From: Cyanophora paradoxa CCMP329
Lineage: Eukaryota; Plantae; Glaucophyta
Direction: 5' to 3'
DNA: 64,000 nucleotides
Assembly (NCBI GenBank): GCA_004431415.1
Contig: QPMI01000100.1
Location: 62,001 to 126,000, forward strand
The notes below the pieces were generated by a model. It was not told the origin of the DNA. It saw only the letters and a list, made by a program, of their open reading frames with translations, and searched no databases. Numbering within the stretch: position 1 is the stretch's first letter; every line of letters starts with the position of its first letter. Made by a program: the position numbers and the translations under genes. Below are positions 21,771 to 34,839 of the stretch, one piece after another.

Positions 21771-23250
21771 GGTCCAGCTCAAATGAATTTATATGCAGAA
21801 CAGAAATGCACGAGTCTGAGCACCGGCACGCTTGGGTGATCGTGGCCCATTTTGCGCAACTTCAACTTGCGAAGTTGCTGACTCGGGGCAAAGGCTAAGG
21901 CGCAGCTGCAAGCCTAGCAAGCCTAGCAAGCTTATGCCGACACCTCGACGCTCCAATTCGAGTCTGCTGACCGATCGCACCACGAATTACGAGTCTGCCG
22001 CAGTGCCACGGCTGCACTGCGGCAGTTGCTTGCTGGCCAAGTTGCGAATATTGCTATTGCAATTGCCGCAGTGCCAGGCAGTGCCAGGCAGTAGCAATAT
22101 GTTCAACCGCCGAGGTTCAACCGGATCAACCCTGCAGCGCTCGTACCTGATTCCCTCCCTTCCCCCCCCCCCCCCCCCCCCCCCCCCAACAAAAAACAAA
22201 CCCATGGCGCCGGCCGGCCATGCATACACGCATATGCATGCGCATGCGCACGCGCGGGCACATGTATACATGTGTACAGCCTCCGGGGCCGGGGGAGAAG
22301 CGTTACTAAGTTAACGTTGGGGGAAACGAGTGCTGTAGGCCTATAGCTAGGAGCTCAAGGCCTAGCTATAGGAGCCTCGGAGCCTCGGAGGGCGCTGGCC
22401 GCCGGGCTGACAGGCGCGCTATATATAGCTATAGCGCTGGGAATATATATACACGAGGCTGCCAGGCTGATCGCGATCGAAGTCCGCCCTCAAGCCTGAT
22501 ATCGATCATGAGGCCAATATTAATTGCAAGCCACAGCCGCTCAATTGCAAGCCGGCCCTAGCTATAGCCTAGTATACGTAGCTATAGGCTATAAGCTAGG
22601 CGGCCTAGGCCTGCTGCGATATCGATATCGATATCGATACGGATCGGATCTAGTACTAGTTTGCTGCCAGGCTGATCGCAGCGCGCGCGCCGCGCGCGCG
22701 GATCTAGTTCGCTGATCGCCTGCGCATGCGTTGGCGGCGACGCGGTACCGGTCCGGTCCGGTCGGCAGCACGCGCCCGCCGCGCGGTCGGATTAACACAG
22801 TACAGCGCCCCTATATATATATATATATATATATCCCCTGCAGCGCTCACTGAGTCATGCATATGTACATGTATACCTGCACCCCTCGCGATCGAATCCC
22901 CCTCACCCCCCCCCCCCCCCCCCCCCCCTCCCGATATCCCTAGGCCCGCCCTAGGCCTTTCCCGTCGCTTCGAATTCCTCACAGGGGCGCGCGCGGTCCC
23001 GCGCGGTCGAGCGACGCTTTCCAGGCAAATTGTCATTTCCCGAGTTGTCTCAGAGTCTATCCCGCTGATTCCGGATGCCCTTGCGTGCGCAGGCCCGGCG
23101 GCCGCTCCTCGGCCTCGTTCGAATTCGTTCGGCGCATTCGTTCGTTCCGCGCGGGGCGCTCGTTCGTTCTCCGCATGTACGCATTTCCGGAGACTTTCCG
23201 CAGCGGCATCTGGAGTGCGTCGAGTGCGCGGCATCTGGAGTGCGTCGAGT

Positions 23251-25566
23251 GCGCTGGGCGCCCTCCGCCTCTCCCGCCACCGTCTGCTCGTCAAGCGCAT
23301 CCGCACCGCCGGGACCCTCAGCGCGGTGCCTGCGTGGTCCTGAGCCTGCTCTGTGCTCTCTGCGCTCTCGAGCTCTGAGCCCCGTCCTCAGGTCTCGACG
23401 ATCGTGTGCGACAAGACGGGGACGCTGACGACGGGCGCCCTGCGACTCGTGCACTTCCTCCCGGCGGCCGGCGGTGGCCCGCCGCGCCCCGCCGGGGCCC
23501 TCGCTGACGAGGGCCCGGTCCTCGCCGAGCTCCTCCGCACCTGGCTCCTCTCGTCGGCGCTGGAGCCGCCCCCGGCGCCCGCCGGCCGACCCTGCACGGC
23601 CGACGAGGCGCTGGAAGCGCTCCGCGGGGCCAGCACCGTGGACGCCTGGGATCGGGCCGTCCTGGAGACCGTCCGGGAGCGGCCCGAGGCGGCGCGGGCG
23701 GCCGCTCACGAGCGGGCCCACGCCTTTCTGGTCGACGCGCGGCCCTTCGAGGCCGCCTCGCGCTACTCGAGCGCCTCCTGGAAGCTCCCGGGGGTACGCC
23801 TCCCCCAGCACTTCGTTCGCGGCTTGCCCGAGGCACTCCTGGAGGACCGTCGGACTGCGATCACGTGGCGGTACCCCCCGGGGGCCCCTCGCTCCTGGAC
23901 GCCCCCGCGGGGGCCGAGGCGGGCCCCGCCGGCGCGGCGCCCTTCTCGGCGGAAGCGAAGGCGGCGCTGCGGGCGAGGCTGGAGGAACTGGCGGCGGCCG
24001 GGGAGCGCTGCCTCGGCCTGGCCCGGGTCGAGGCGCAGGGCCCCGCCGAGCTCAAGGTCTTCGTGGGGGTGCTCTCCTTCGAGGACCCGCTCCGGCCCGA
24101 CGCCCTACCTGGTGGACTGCTCGCAGGCGCCTGCCCTCGTTGGGGCTTCCGAGCCTCCGGACTCGCTGGCGTACAAGGTGTGTACCCCTATTTTCCTTTC
24201 CGCCTCCACCGCTCCGCCCCGCCCGGCCAAGCGCTCCTCGGCAGTGCGTGGGGGAGCTGGAGGCGCAGGCGGGGGCGGGCACCCTCGTGTGGGCCCGCAG
24301 CGCCCCGCTCCTCAAGGCCGGCCTCGTCGCCGTCCTCCAGAGGCGCGGCGCCGTCTGCGCCATGGGCGACGGGGACAACGCGCCCGCCCTCCGCACCGCC
24401 GACGTGCGCTCCCTTCTCCTTCCCCGCTCTCTGCCTTCTCACTCCCCTGGAAAGGTCGGCGTGGCGGTGCGGGGGGCGGCGGGGGCGGCACGGGAGGCGG
24501 CGGGCGTGGAGCTGGCGGAGGACTCGTTCGCGGGGCTCGTGGCCGGCGTCGCCGAGGGCCGCCGCCTCTTCGACAACCTCAGGTAAGCAGAAAGAGAAGA
24601 GGAAGCTAAGAGTCCGGAATGAAAATTGATAAAATAATCTATCTAGTCCACCCGGTTATACCATCTTATCATCTCTATGACACCCTCTCATCTGCCGCCT
24701 TCTTCTATTATCTGTCTCACCTCACTCTGCCTCACTGTCGCCCTGCCCCGCGCAGGAAAGGGACGCGCTTCTACCTGGCATGCAAAGCGGCCCTCGTCGC
24801 CCTCTTCGCCGCCGCCTGCGCCCTCGGGCTCCCCCCGCCCCTCGCCCCCATCCAGGTGCGCCGTGGGCCTCCACACACTCTGGCCCCCGCCCCTTACATT
24901 TGGCCTGGGCAGGTGATCGCACTGGAGGCGCTGATGGACCTAGCCGCCGGAGCCGCCTTCGTCTGTGAGCCCCCGGAGCCGTGCGTACCCCCTCCCCCCT
25001 CCTCCTCCCCGGTCCGGTCTTTCGCTTGTTCTGACAGCTTCGTTTCGTTGCAGGGGCATCATGCGGCGGCCCCCGCGCCCGCGGGACGCCCCCTTCGTCG
25101 ACCGGCCCTACCTCGCCTCCGTCTGCGGGGCGGCCGCCCTCCTTGCCGGCCCCGTCTTCGCCGCATTTCTCCTCTCCTCTTCCTCTTCCTCCTCGCCTTC
25201 TCTGGGGCAGTCCGCAGCCTTTGCCTCCTGGCTCCTCGCCCACGTCGCCCTCGCCCTCGTCACCCGCTCGGGCGCCCCCTGCTGCGCCCCGGGCGGCCTG
25301 GCCTCCCTCCGCGAGAACTCGGCCATGGGCCTCTGGGCCCTCGCCGCGCTCGCCTCCCTCGCTCTCTCCTTCCTCGTACCTCCCCTGCGGGACGGCCTCA
25401 AGCTGACGCCCCTCCCGGCACACGCCTGGGGCACTGCCCTGTGCGCTGCCCTCCTCGTCCTCGTGGTGGGCGAGCCGCAAAGCTCGTCCTGCATGCCCGT
25501 ACACGCCTTGCCGCGCCGCGTGACGAGGCAGCTGCTTCCGAGAGCTTGCCCCTTCTGGCTGAGTAG
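23251..25566 (+). pseudogene. P-type ATPase copy 2, 5'-truncated pseudogene
   Basis: Homology begins at copy-1 position 14632 (no actuator domain or TM1-4). Carries an 8-bp frameshifting insertion at 23845-23855, a 193-bp deletion between cggcccgac microhomologies (junction 24093-24105) removing SGD, and GDGANDAP changed to GDGDNAP. Confidence 0.92.
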
Positions 25567-26415
25567 CTACTAGGTCTTCGACTCGCCCCGGCCCCGCCCC
25601 TGCTCGTCTCAGGAGGTGCAAGGTGGGGTCTAATTATTATTGGGGAAGGACCCCCTTCCCCTTCCCCCACTTGGGGGTGTTCGGGTGCCCACCCCAGGCC
25701 AAAATGAAATGTCCCGACCTCCCAAAACCCAGGTTTTCTCGCCGGATCCTAGCAAGGCATGTTCCTAGGAGTCCGGAGACGTGTTCCGGGAGATCCGGGT
25801 CCCGTCGGGTCGACCAGGGATGAGCAATAACACATTTTTGAAAAATGCGATCTAGCGCCTCACCAAGTGGCGGTATATATACCGGACCAAGTGCGCCTGA
25901 ATGCGCCTGATACGCCCGACGATTCATGTCATACATTCCGAGACCGGAGAGGCACAGGGTGGCCCGCTAGGCCGCCTCAAGTACCTGTTGTACCGAGCGC
26001 CGAAAAAAAGCGCTCCTGAGAGTTTTCAGCCGATCGAGACTCGTGTTACAGTACCCGGCAGGCTAGCCGACAGTGCTGCCGACTGGCTTTCGCGCTGGCC
26101 AACTATAGCTAGCTGAGCTCCGGCTAGCTTGCAATGCGGCAACAGCTCATCAAGCACTTCGGAACGTGAAAGAGTGCAGGAAGAAGACGCCCGCTACGCC
26201 GCCGCCGCGTTCCGGTGCGCGTCGCCGATGGTTCTGACTGCCCCGCGCCTGCCGTCCGCAGATGCGACAGTCTTGCGCCGAAAGGTGCGCTCGCGCGCCG
26301 CCCGGCAATCTCGCGCCGGGCGCGCACAGAAGCCGACGCGTGTCGTCGAATTCGAACAGCTCCTCTTGCGCAAGGTGCACAGCTAGATTCGATGTGCCGC
26401 GCTCCGCAGCAGACG

Positions 26416-27085
26416 GCGGGCGGCGGCGCGGTCGCCGGGCGGGGCGGAGGCGCTGCGGGCGGCGGCGCGGCGCGCCGCACGGGGAGCAGGCGCGGCGGGC
26501 GGCTGCGCGGCGTGCCGGGCGGGCGGAGGCGCGGCGGGCGGCGGCGGGGCTCGCCGGCCGCGGGCGGGGCGGAGGCGCGGCGGCCGGCGGGTGGCGGCGC
26601 GGCTCCGAGGCTCGCCGGGCGGGACGGAGGCGCGGCTGCCGGCGGCGCGGCTCGCCGGGCGGGGCGGAGGCGCGGCGGGCGGCGGCGCGGCTCCCCAAGC
26701 GGGGCGGAGGCGCGGCAGGCGGCGGCGCAGCTCCCCGGGCGGGGCGAAGGCGCGGCGGGCGGCGGCGCGGCTCGCCGATCGGAGCGGAGGCGCGGCGGGC
26801 GGCGGCGCGGCTCGCCGATCGGGGCGGAGGCGCGGCGGGCGGCCGCGCGGCGCGCCGGGCGGGGGCGCGGCTCAACGGGCGGGGCGGAGCGCGGCGGGCG
26901 GCGGCGCGGCTCGCCGATCGGGGCGGAGGCGCGGCGGGCGGCCGCGCGGCGCGCCGGGCGGGGCGCGGCTCAACGGGCGGGGCGGAGCGCGGCGGGCGGC
27001 GGCGCGGCTCGTCGGGCGGCGGCGCGGCTCGCCGGGCGGGGCAGAGGCGCGGCGGGCGGCCGCGCGGCTCGTCGGGCGGGGCGGA
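26416..27085. repeat. GC-rich minisatellite (duplicate copy)
   Basis: Same ~40-bp unit as 17989-18657. Confidence 0.9.
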
Positions 27086-27919
27086 TCCGGGACTCGGGAG
27101 GGGGCGCGCAGGGCAAATTGTCCCATTCCCGCACGGCGGGTGGCGGCGCGGCGCGCAGGGCAAATTGTCCCATTCCCGCACGGCTTCTTGTTCCAGGTCT
27201 ACGCCTAGCGAGCATTTGCTGCAGCCTGCAGACTCTGAGATGCTGTCTTTGTTGAATAAGACCACATGGCCACCTTGCACGACTCGGCGAGCAGGGGGCG
27301 GGGGCGAATCGAAGACCTAGAACTTAGTAACCTGACTGATTGACCTGCAAGTCCTCTTCCGGTCCCACGAGCTCGATCGCGAGCCCGCGGCCGGCCCACC
27401 GTGGCACCGTCCCAGTTGCAATTACGCCATGACTACGGGCGTTCGCGCAGCTCAGCGGCTCATGATCAGCGGCTGCAGGTTTAATTTAGAGTCAACACTC
27501 TCTAGATCTCTATCTCGGCTAACCGTTGAACCTGATCGTCGGACCTGTCCTACTCAACCGTTAGAAGTCCTTCCCCTCCAACAGGGGCAGTGCAACTGCA
27601 GTGTCCCTGTTCCGTTCATAAGTTAACAGACTCTGAGAGACGGCAGTTCAATGGACGAACAGGAATTGCATTCAATGATCATCGGATTCAAAGTGCTTGT
27701 GTAAAGGAGGTCAATTATTTTAACATGTCACAGTGTTGTTAGTACTAGTAACGTCAACATATACAGGTCTAGGCCGGGAGCCGTTCAAGCTCGAGCTTGT
27801 TTACTACTAAGTTAAGGTTCTTAAAAGGCCCATAATTCGAGGTGAAGCTACAGCAGTGATGGGACACACTCGGATACAGGGACAAAAAAAGCAAAATGAC
27901 CAAGACAAGAGCACGAAGA

Positions 27920-30200
27920 AAGCCTTGAAGACAATTGCAAGACAAAGAGCTGACTCTCGGAATTGAATATTTGAGAGCGAGGGTATATGTTCGTGTAACC
28001 TTGCCATGGACTCCCAGGATATGATATGACATGCCATGGGCCCCCAGCCTCACGAGGGACTGTTATCAATCTGGATCAAGAACTTCGTGCATTGATCGAA
28101 ATATTTGCACGCAATTCGTGCATCGAAACGTTCAACGTTGGCATTTTTAACTAATACTCTAGGCTGGCCATTAGCTGGCCATGGGTTTTTGGTTTGCCGA
28201 TGCAATGGAGAGATCGCAACGGATCTCCGGTGCGATGTCAGGAACTGCGGCACAAACGTGAAGCCATGCGGTAGCCTGGAAGCGATTGCGCGCTCGAGTA
28301 GCTTGTGCAGCCGGCGCCGTTGCTGGTGGTGACGGAGCCCACAATCGTTCCGTTTCTCCCGTTGCCCGAAGCATCTCGAACATTTCTGGATGCTGACTGT
28401 CGCACGTTTGTCCAAGCTCAAGTCACGATAATGATCAGAACGCAAGCCCGAGCAGAGGAAGTACGCACGCTAGCGGCAGGTTGATCATCGAAGGGAAGGT
28501 AGAGACTTGGCTGGCGCCAAATAACTCCACCGGCCGCCAGTGTCTCTACCTCGCTCTCTGACAGTGCTGCAGGCCAGATGCGGAAGCCTGTGCTCCAGGT
28601 TCCCTCGGAAATCATCGCAAATGTGATCACGTGGCAGGCACGCACCGGACAGGTCGACGTTTTCAAGTGTGTACAAGCCGCTGTCCCCCGGGTCCTGCAT
28701 GCGTGCAGACATTCAGGGATTTGTCCAACCTCCCCACTCCCCGGGCTCCGTATCCAACGCGCACCCCTGCAACCACTCGGCCGATGTAATTGTAGTTGCG
28801 GATCCCGCTCGGCAGGATGGTCACATTTTTTGTTCCTCCATTCGGATCTAGCCCGTCGACGATGTGGGTGCGGGTTCCCGTCACGCCATCCGTCAGGTAG
28901 AAGTGCAGGTCGCCGGTCGCCCCAAGTGTCGTGACCGCGTGGTACCAGCGGTTGAGCTGATCATGAGCAGAGGGGCGTCATGAGTTGACGTCAGGAGCTG
29001 ATAAACAAGGCAGAACGTGCGCACGAGAAGCTGGCCAGTACCATTGACATTCGATGGTGAGTACAAGTGAACCTGGTCTTCCTCGGGGTCCTGGGCAGTG
29101 GTAGCTGGAGGTGAGCCCTTGGAAACAGTGCGGCAAGGACGGTCACAGACCACGTAATTGTTGGAAGGATTTCGATCGGTGAGCCCCAAATAGAGACTGT
29201 TGCAGTCCGGGCCCGGAGCACCGAAGATGTTCTGTCACCCTAGCATGTCAGATGGCCACGTTCACAGACAAAAATCGGTTGACCATACGAATCAAGGCAT
29301 ACCGATTTGATTACCATGAGCTGCACAGAGCGTCAGACTGGTCTGGCGCTATGCATATGCATGCTGGCATCGACGAACCACGGCCTGTCTAAACCATCCA
29401 TTTGCGAAATCGAACAACATCGCTTGCTTTGCCAGACCTCCGAGCTGCTGCTGGCCAAGCTTGATCCTGCCCGGTCTAAGTTGGATGCGAGCTCGTTCTA
29501 AGTTGGATGCGAGCACCAGAACTCGAACGAGATCGGATTCCCGAAGTACAGTGGGGGCAGGGTGATGTAGCTCTCGCCGCCAGGGAAGTGTGCACCTGTA
29601 GAGCACATATCAACAAAGCTCGAAGAAAGATCCCCGAAGGAGGCTTGGGATGGATCGGAGGAGGGTCCCATGAGCGGGAGCCAGAAAGCTGCAGCTGGCT
29701 ATGAAGCTTAAAGGTTCGGAGAGGGGGCTGCGAGGCAGGGGGGATGCCAGGGAGAGGAGTGTGGGAGCGCACTGGAGGGGCGGAAAGTTTGGAGCATCAC
29801 GACGGGGAACAGAAGGCTGGCTAGAGCGGAGTGGCACACTACAACAGTTGAGGTGCCACTGCTCAAGGCCGGGCAGGGGGAGGTGAATGGCAATGAGGTG
29901 TGACAGGGGGGTGTGCGAAGGGGAGGGAAGGGGGGGAAGGGCAGAAGGGCGTGCGCACTGCACGTCGGCACAGCCGGGCTCGAGGTGAGGCTTGCAAGGC
30001 GCCCTGCATGCTGATCAGATCACACGTGGTGACTTACCCGTTGCCAGCACGTGTACAACGGCCCGGCTCGCGTGCGTATCGCACAAGCGCACATGCTCAC
30101 GTTTTTGGCTGTAGATGCCCCCGTCGAGGTTCTGGCCATGGGCCGCTGCCAACAAACAACTGCCCGCCAGGATGAAAAAGAGGACCAGCTGCGCATTGCA
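27920..30200 (-). pseudogene. LamG-like gene or fragment, copy 2
   Basis: Duplicate of 19490-21770 within tandem unit 2; boundaries approximate. Confidence 0.65.
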
Positions 30201-31678
30201 CGGTCCAGCTCAAATGAATTTATATGCAGAACAGAAATGCACGAGTCTGAGCACCGGCACGCTTGGGTGATCGTGGCCCATTTTGCGCAACTTCAACTTG
30301 CGAAGTTGCTGACTCGGGGCAAAGGCTAAGGCGCAGCTGCAAGCCTAGCAAGCCTAGCAAGCTTATGCCGACACCTCGACGCTCCAATTCGAGTCTGCTG
30401 ACCGATCGCACCACGAATTACGAGTCTGCCGCAGTGCCACGGCTGCACTGCGGCAGTTGCTTGCTGGCCAAGTTGCGAATATTGCTATTGCAATTGCCGC
30501 AGTGCCAGGCAGTGCCAGGCAGTAGCAATATGTTCAACCGCCGAGGTTCAACCGGATCAACCCTGCAGCGCTCGTACCTGATTCCCTCCCTTCCCCCCCC
30601 CCCCCCCCCCCCCAACAAAAAACAAACCCATGGCGCCGGCCGGCCATGCATACACGCATATGCATGCGCATGCGCACGCGCGGGCACATGTATACATGTG
30701 TACAGCCTCCGGGGCCGGGGGAGAAGCGTTACTAAGTTAACGTTGGGGGAAACGAGTGCTGTAGGCCTATAGCTAGGAGCTCAAGGCCTAGCTATAGGAG
30801 CCTCGGAGCCTCGGAGGGCGCTGGCCGCCGGGCTGACAGGCGCGCTATATATAGCTATAGCGCTGGGAATATATATATACGAGGCTGCCAGGCTGATCGC
30901 GATCGAAGTCCGCCCTCAAGCCTGATATCGATCATGAGGCCAATATTAATTGCAAGCCACAGCCGCTCAATTGCAAGCCGGCCCTAGCTATAGCCTAGTA
31001 TACGTAGCTATAGGCTATAAGCTAGGCGGCCTAGGCCTGCTGCGATATCGATATCGATATCGATACGGATCGGATCTAGTACTAGTTTGCTGCCAGGCTG
31101 ATCGCAGCGCGCGCGCCGCGCGCGCGGATCTAGTTCGCTGATCGCCTGCGCATGCGTTGGCGGCGACGCGGTACCGGTCCGGTCCGGTCGGCAGCACGCG
31201 CCCGCCGCGCGGTCGGATTAACACAGTACAGCGCCCCTATATATATATATATATATATATCCCCTGCAGCGCTCACTGAGTCATGCATATGTACATGTAT
31301 ACCTGCACCCCCTCGCGATCGAATCCCCCTCACCCCCCCCCCCCCCCCCCCCCCCCCCTCCCGATATCCCTAGGCCCGCCCTAGGCCTTTCCCGTCGCTT
31401 CGAATTCCTCACAGGGCGCGCGCGGTCCCGCGCGGTCGAGCGACGCTTTCCAGGCAAATTGTCATTTCCCGAGTTGTCTCAGAGTCTATCCCGCTGATTC
31501 CGGATGCCCTTGCGTGCGCAGGCCCGGCGGCCGCTCCTCGGCCTCGTTCGAATTCGTTCGGCGCATTCGTTCGTTCCGCGCGGGCGCTCGTTCGTTCTCC
31601 GCATGTACGCATTTCCGGAGACTTTCCGCAGCGGCATCTGGAGTGCGTCGAGTGCGCGGCATCTGGAGTGCGTCGAGT

Positions 31679-33484
31679 GCGCTGGGCGCCCTCCGCCTCT
31701 CCCGCCACCGTCTGCTCGTCAAGCGCATCCGCACCGCCGGGACCCTCAGCGCGGTGCCTGCGTGGTCCTGAGCCTGCTCTGTGCTCTCTGCGCTCTCGAG
31801 CTCTGAGCCCCGTCCTCAGGTCTCGACGATCGTGTGCGACAAGACGGGGACGCTGACGACGGGCGCCCTGCGACTCGTGCACTTCCTCCCGGCGGCCGGC
31901 GGTGGCCCGCCGCGCCCCGCCGGGGCCCTCGCTGACGAGGGCCCGGTCCTCGCCGAGCTCCTCCGCACCTGGCTCCTCTCGTCGGCGCTGGAGCCGCCCC
32001 GGCGCCCGCCGGCCGACCCTGCACGGCCGACGAGGCGCTGGAAGCGCTCCGCGGGGCCAGCACCGTGGACGCCTGGGATCGGGCCGTCCTGGAGACCGTC
32101 CGGGAGCGGCCCGAGGCGGCGCGGGCGGCCGCTCACGAGCGGGCCCACGCCTTTCTGGTCGACGCGCGGCCCTTCGAGGCCGCCTCGCGCTACTCGAGCG
32201 CCTCCTGGAAGCTCCCGGGGGTACGCCTCCCCCAGCACTTCGTTCGCGGCTTGCCCGAGGCACTCCTGGAGGACCGTCGGACTGCGATCACGTGGCGGTA
32301 CCCCCCGGGGGCCCCTCGCTCCTGGACGCCCCCGCGGGGGCCGAGGCGGGCCCCGCCGGCGCGGCGCCCTTCTCGGCGGAAGCGAAGGCGGCGCTGCGGG
32401 CGAGGCTGGAGGAACTGGCGGCGGCCGGGGAGCGCTGCCTCGGCCTGGCCCGGGTCGAGGCGCAGGGCCCCGCCGAGCTCAAGGTCTTCGTGGGGGTGCT
32501 CTCCTTCGAGGACCCGCTCCGGCCCGACGCCCTACCTGGTGGACTGCTCGCAGGCGCCTGCCCTCGTTGGGGCTTCCGAGCCTCCGGACTCGCTGGCGTA
32601 CAAGGTGTGTACCCCTATTTTCCTTTCCGCCTCCACCGCTCCGCCCCGCCCGGCCAAGCGCTCCTCGGCAGTGCGTGGGGGAGCTGGAGGCGCAGGCGGG
32701 GGCGGGCACCCTCGTGTGGGCCCGCAGCGCCCCGCTCCTCAAGGCCGGCCTCGTCGCCGTCCTCCAGAGGCGCGGCGCCGTCTGCGCCATGGGCGACGGG
32801 GACAACGCGCCCGCCCTCCGCACCGCCGACGTGCGCTCCCTTCTCCTTCCCCGCTCTCTGCCTTCTCACTCCCCTGGAAAGGTCGGCGTGGCGGTGCGGG
32901 GGGCGGCGGGGGCGGCACGGGAGGCGGCGGGCGTGGAGCTGGCGGAGGACTCGTTCGCGGGGCTCGTGGCCGGCGTCGCCGAGGGCCGCCGCCTCTTCGA
33001 CAACCTCAGGTAAGCAGAAAGAGAAGAGGAAGCTAAGAGTCCGGAATGAAAATTGATAAAATAATCTATCTAGTCCACCCGGTTATACCATCTTATCATC
33101 TCTATGACACCCTCTCATCTGCCGCCTTCTTCTATTATCTGTCTCACCTCACTCTGCCTCACTGTCGCCCTGCCCCGCGCAGGAAAGGGACGCGCTTCTA
33201 CCTGGCATGCAAAGCGGCCCTCGTCGCCCTCTTCGCCGCCGCCTGCACCCTCGGGCTCCCCCCGCCCCTCGCCCCCATCCAGGTGCGCCATGGGCCTCCA
33301 CACGCTCTGGCCCCCGCCCCTTACCTTTGGTCTGGGCAGGTGATTGCTCTGGAGGCGCTGATGGACCTAGCCGCCGGAGCCGCCTTCGTCTGTGAGCCCC
33401 CGGAGCCGTGCGTACCCCCCCGTGAACCTCAACCTCCACTTCTAGAGCCCCCGCCCCCTCTTCCCCCCTCCCTCCCTCCCTCCA

Positions 33485-33515
<31 letters not shown>

Positions 33516-34072
33516 AGTCCGGTCTCTCGCTTGTTCTGACAGCTTCGTTTCTCTGCAGGGGCATCATGCGGCGGCCGCCGCGCCCGCGGGACGCCCCCTT
33601 CGTCGACCGGCCCTACCTCGCCTCCGTCTGCGGGGCGGCCGCCCTCCTCGCCGGCCCCGTCTTCGCCACATTTCTCCTTTCCTCCTCTTCCTCTTCCTCG
33701 CCTTCTCTGGGGCAGTCCGCAGCCTTTGCCTCCTGGCTCCTCGCCCACGTCGCCCTCGCCCTCGTCACCCGCTCGGGCGCCCCCTGCTGCGCCCCGGGCG
33801 GCCTGGCCTCCCTCCGCGAGAACTCGGCCATGGGCCTCTGGGCCGTCGCCGCGCTCGCCTCCCTCGCTCTCTCCTTCCTCGTACCTCCCCTGCGGGATGG
33901 TCTCAAGCTGACGCCCCTCCCGGCGCACGCCTGGGGCACTGCCCTATGCGCTGCCCTCCTCGTCCTCGTGGTGGGCGAGGCCGCAAAGCTCGCCCTGCGT
34001 GCCCGGAAGCGCGTTGCTGCGCCGCGTGACGAGGCAGCCGCCGCCGAGAGCGCGCCCCTTCTGGCTGAGTAG
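31679..34072 (+). pseudogene. P-type ATPase copy 3, 5'-truncated pseudogene
   Basis: Same lesions as copy 2; distinct 3' end (LALRARKRVAAPRDEAAAAESAPLLAE). Confidence 0.92.
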
Positions 34073-34377
34073 CTATATAGAGAGATCATTATTTCACACC
34101 TCCTTGCTGAGTAAAGCGAATCATTGAATTCGAAAAAGGTATATTGATCCAATCATTTCGCCATGGCCATGGTTCGATGGTCGCATTGGCGCCTCGGGGC
34201 CCTGCAGTGGGCCTGCACTTACGGCTGGTTCCGCAGTGCATCACCGTGCATGGCGCTAGCCTAGTAGGACTCCGGGAGAAACCGGGCCGTTTCAGCACGT
34301 ATACGTACGCGTCACGGCGTCCTGATCATGAAGCCGAAAGTTCTCTCATGAACTTCGGAAGCCTTGAAGCTCGCCGT

Positions 34378-34839
34378 TCAACGGTTCTCGTGCTCGTGTG
34401 CGACCCGGTGCTTCTGCTCGCCGACGAATCCGAACTTGGCCAGAGCACAGTCGACGAGCTCTGCGTTGCATCTCGGTCCGTATTCGGAGCAGATCGGGCG
34501 CGCGGCGCACTGATCGTCACGATGGGCGCGGCGATGATTGCGACGATGCCGAGGAACACTTTCCGGGGTGTATCTGCACCAAACGTTGGGCGCGGAACGC
34601 TTTGGAGGGCGAGCGGGCGCACAGAGACTCAAAGTGTCACTGAGTCGCTCTGCGGCACGCCCCATGGCGACCGTGCCGATGGCTTCGCCGTCGACCTTGC
34701 TCAGATCGATGTCTCCGGCGAAGCTGATTTCTGCGCCGAAGGCGGTCAGGGTGCGCGACGACGACGATGCAGAGAACAAAGCCGACGCGGCCGCTTGCGC
34801 GCGGTTGCGCACAGGGCGGAGCTTACCAAACAAACCCAT
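34378..34839 (-). CDS. Small hypothetical single-pass membrane protein (~90-120 aa)
   Basis: Two GT-AG introns splice in frame to ..LSDTLSLYTPRKVFLGIVAIIAAPIVTIKLVDCALAKFGFVGEQKHRVAHEHENR*; a probable third in-frame intron (GTAAGC..CTGAC..CAG) follows MGLF. Confidence 0.6.
   Translation of the reverse strand: MGLFGKLRPVRNRAQAAASALFSASSSSRTLTAFGAEISFAGDIDLSKVDGEAIGTVAMGRAAERLSDTLSLCAPARPPKRSAPNVWCRYTPESVPRHRRNHRRAHRDDQCAARPICSEYGPRCNAELVDCALAKFGFVGEQKHRVAHEHENR

Larger units (their letters stand above)
16359..24786. repeat. 8.43-kb tandem segmental duplication, unit 1
   Basis: Near-identical to 24787-33213 at an offset of about 8427-8430; differences are mostly 1-bp indels. Confidence 0.93.
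24787..33213. repeat. 8.43-kb tandem segmental duplication, unit 2
   Basis: See unit 1; boundary set by the diagnostic SNP switch between 24786 and 24820. Confidence 0.93.

Noticed and set aside
27769-30200. Frameshift differences between tandem units as real divergence
   Set aside because: Nearly all are 1-bp changes in homopolymer runs, typical of long-read consensus error.
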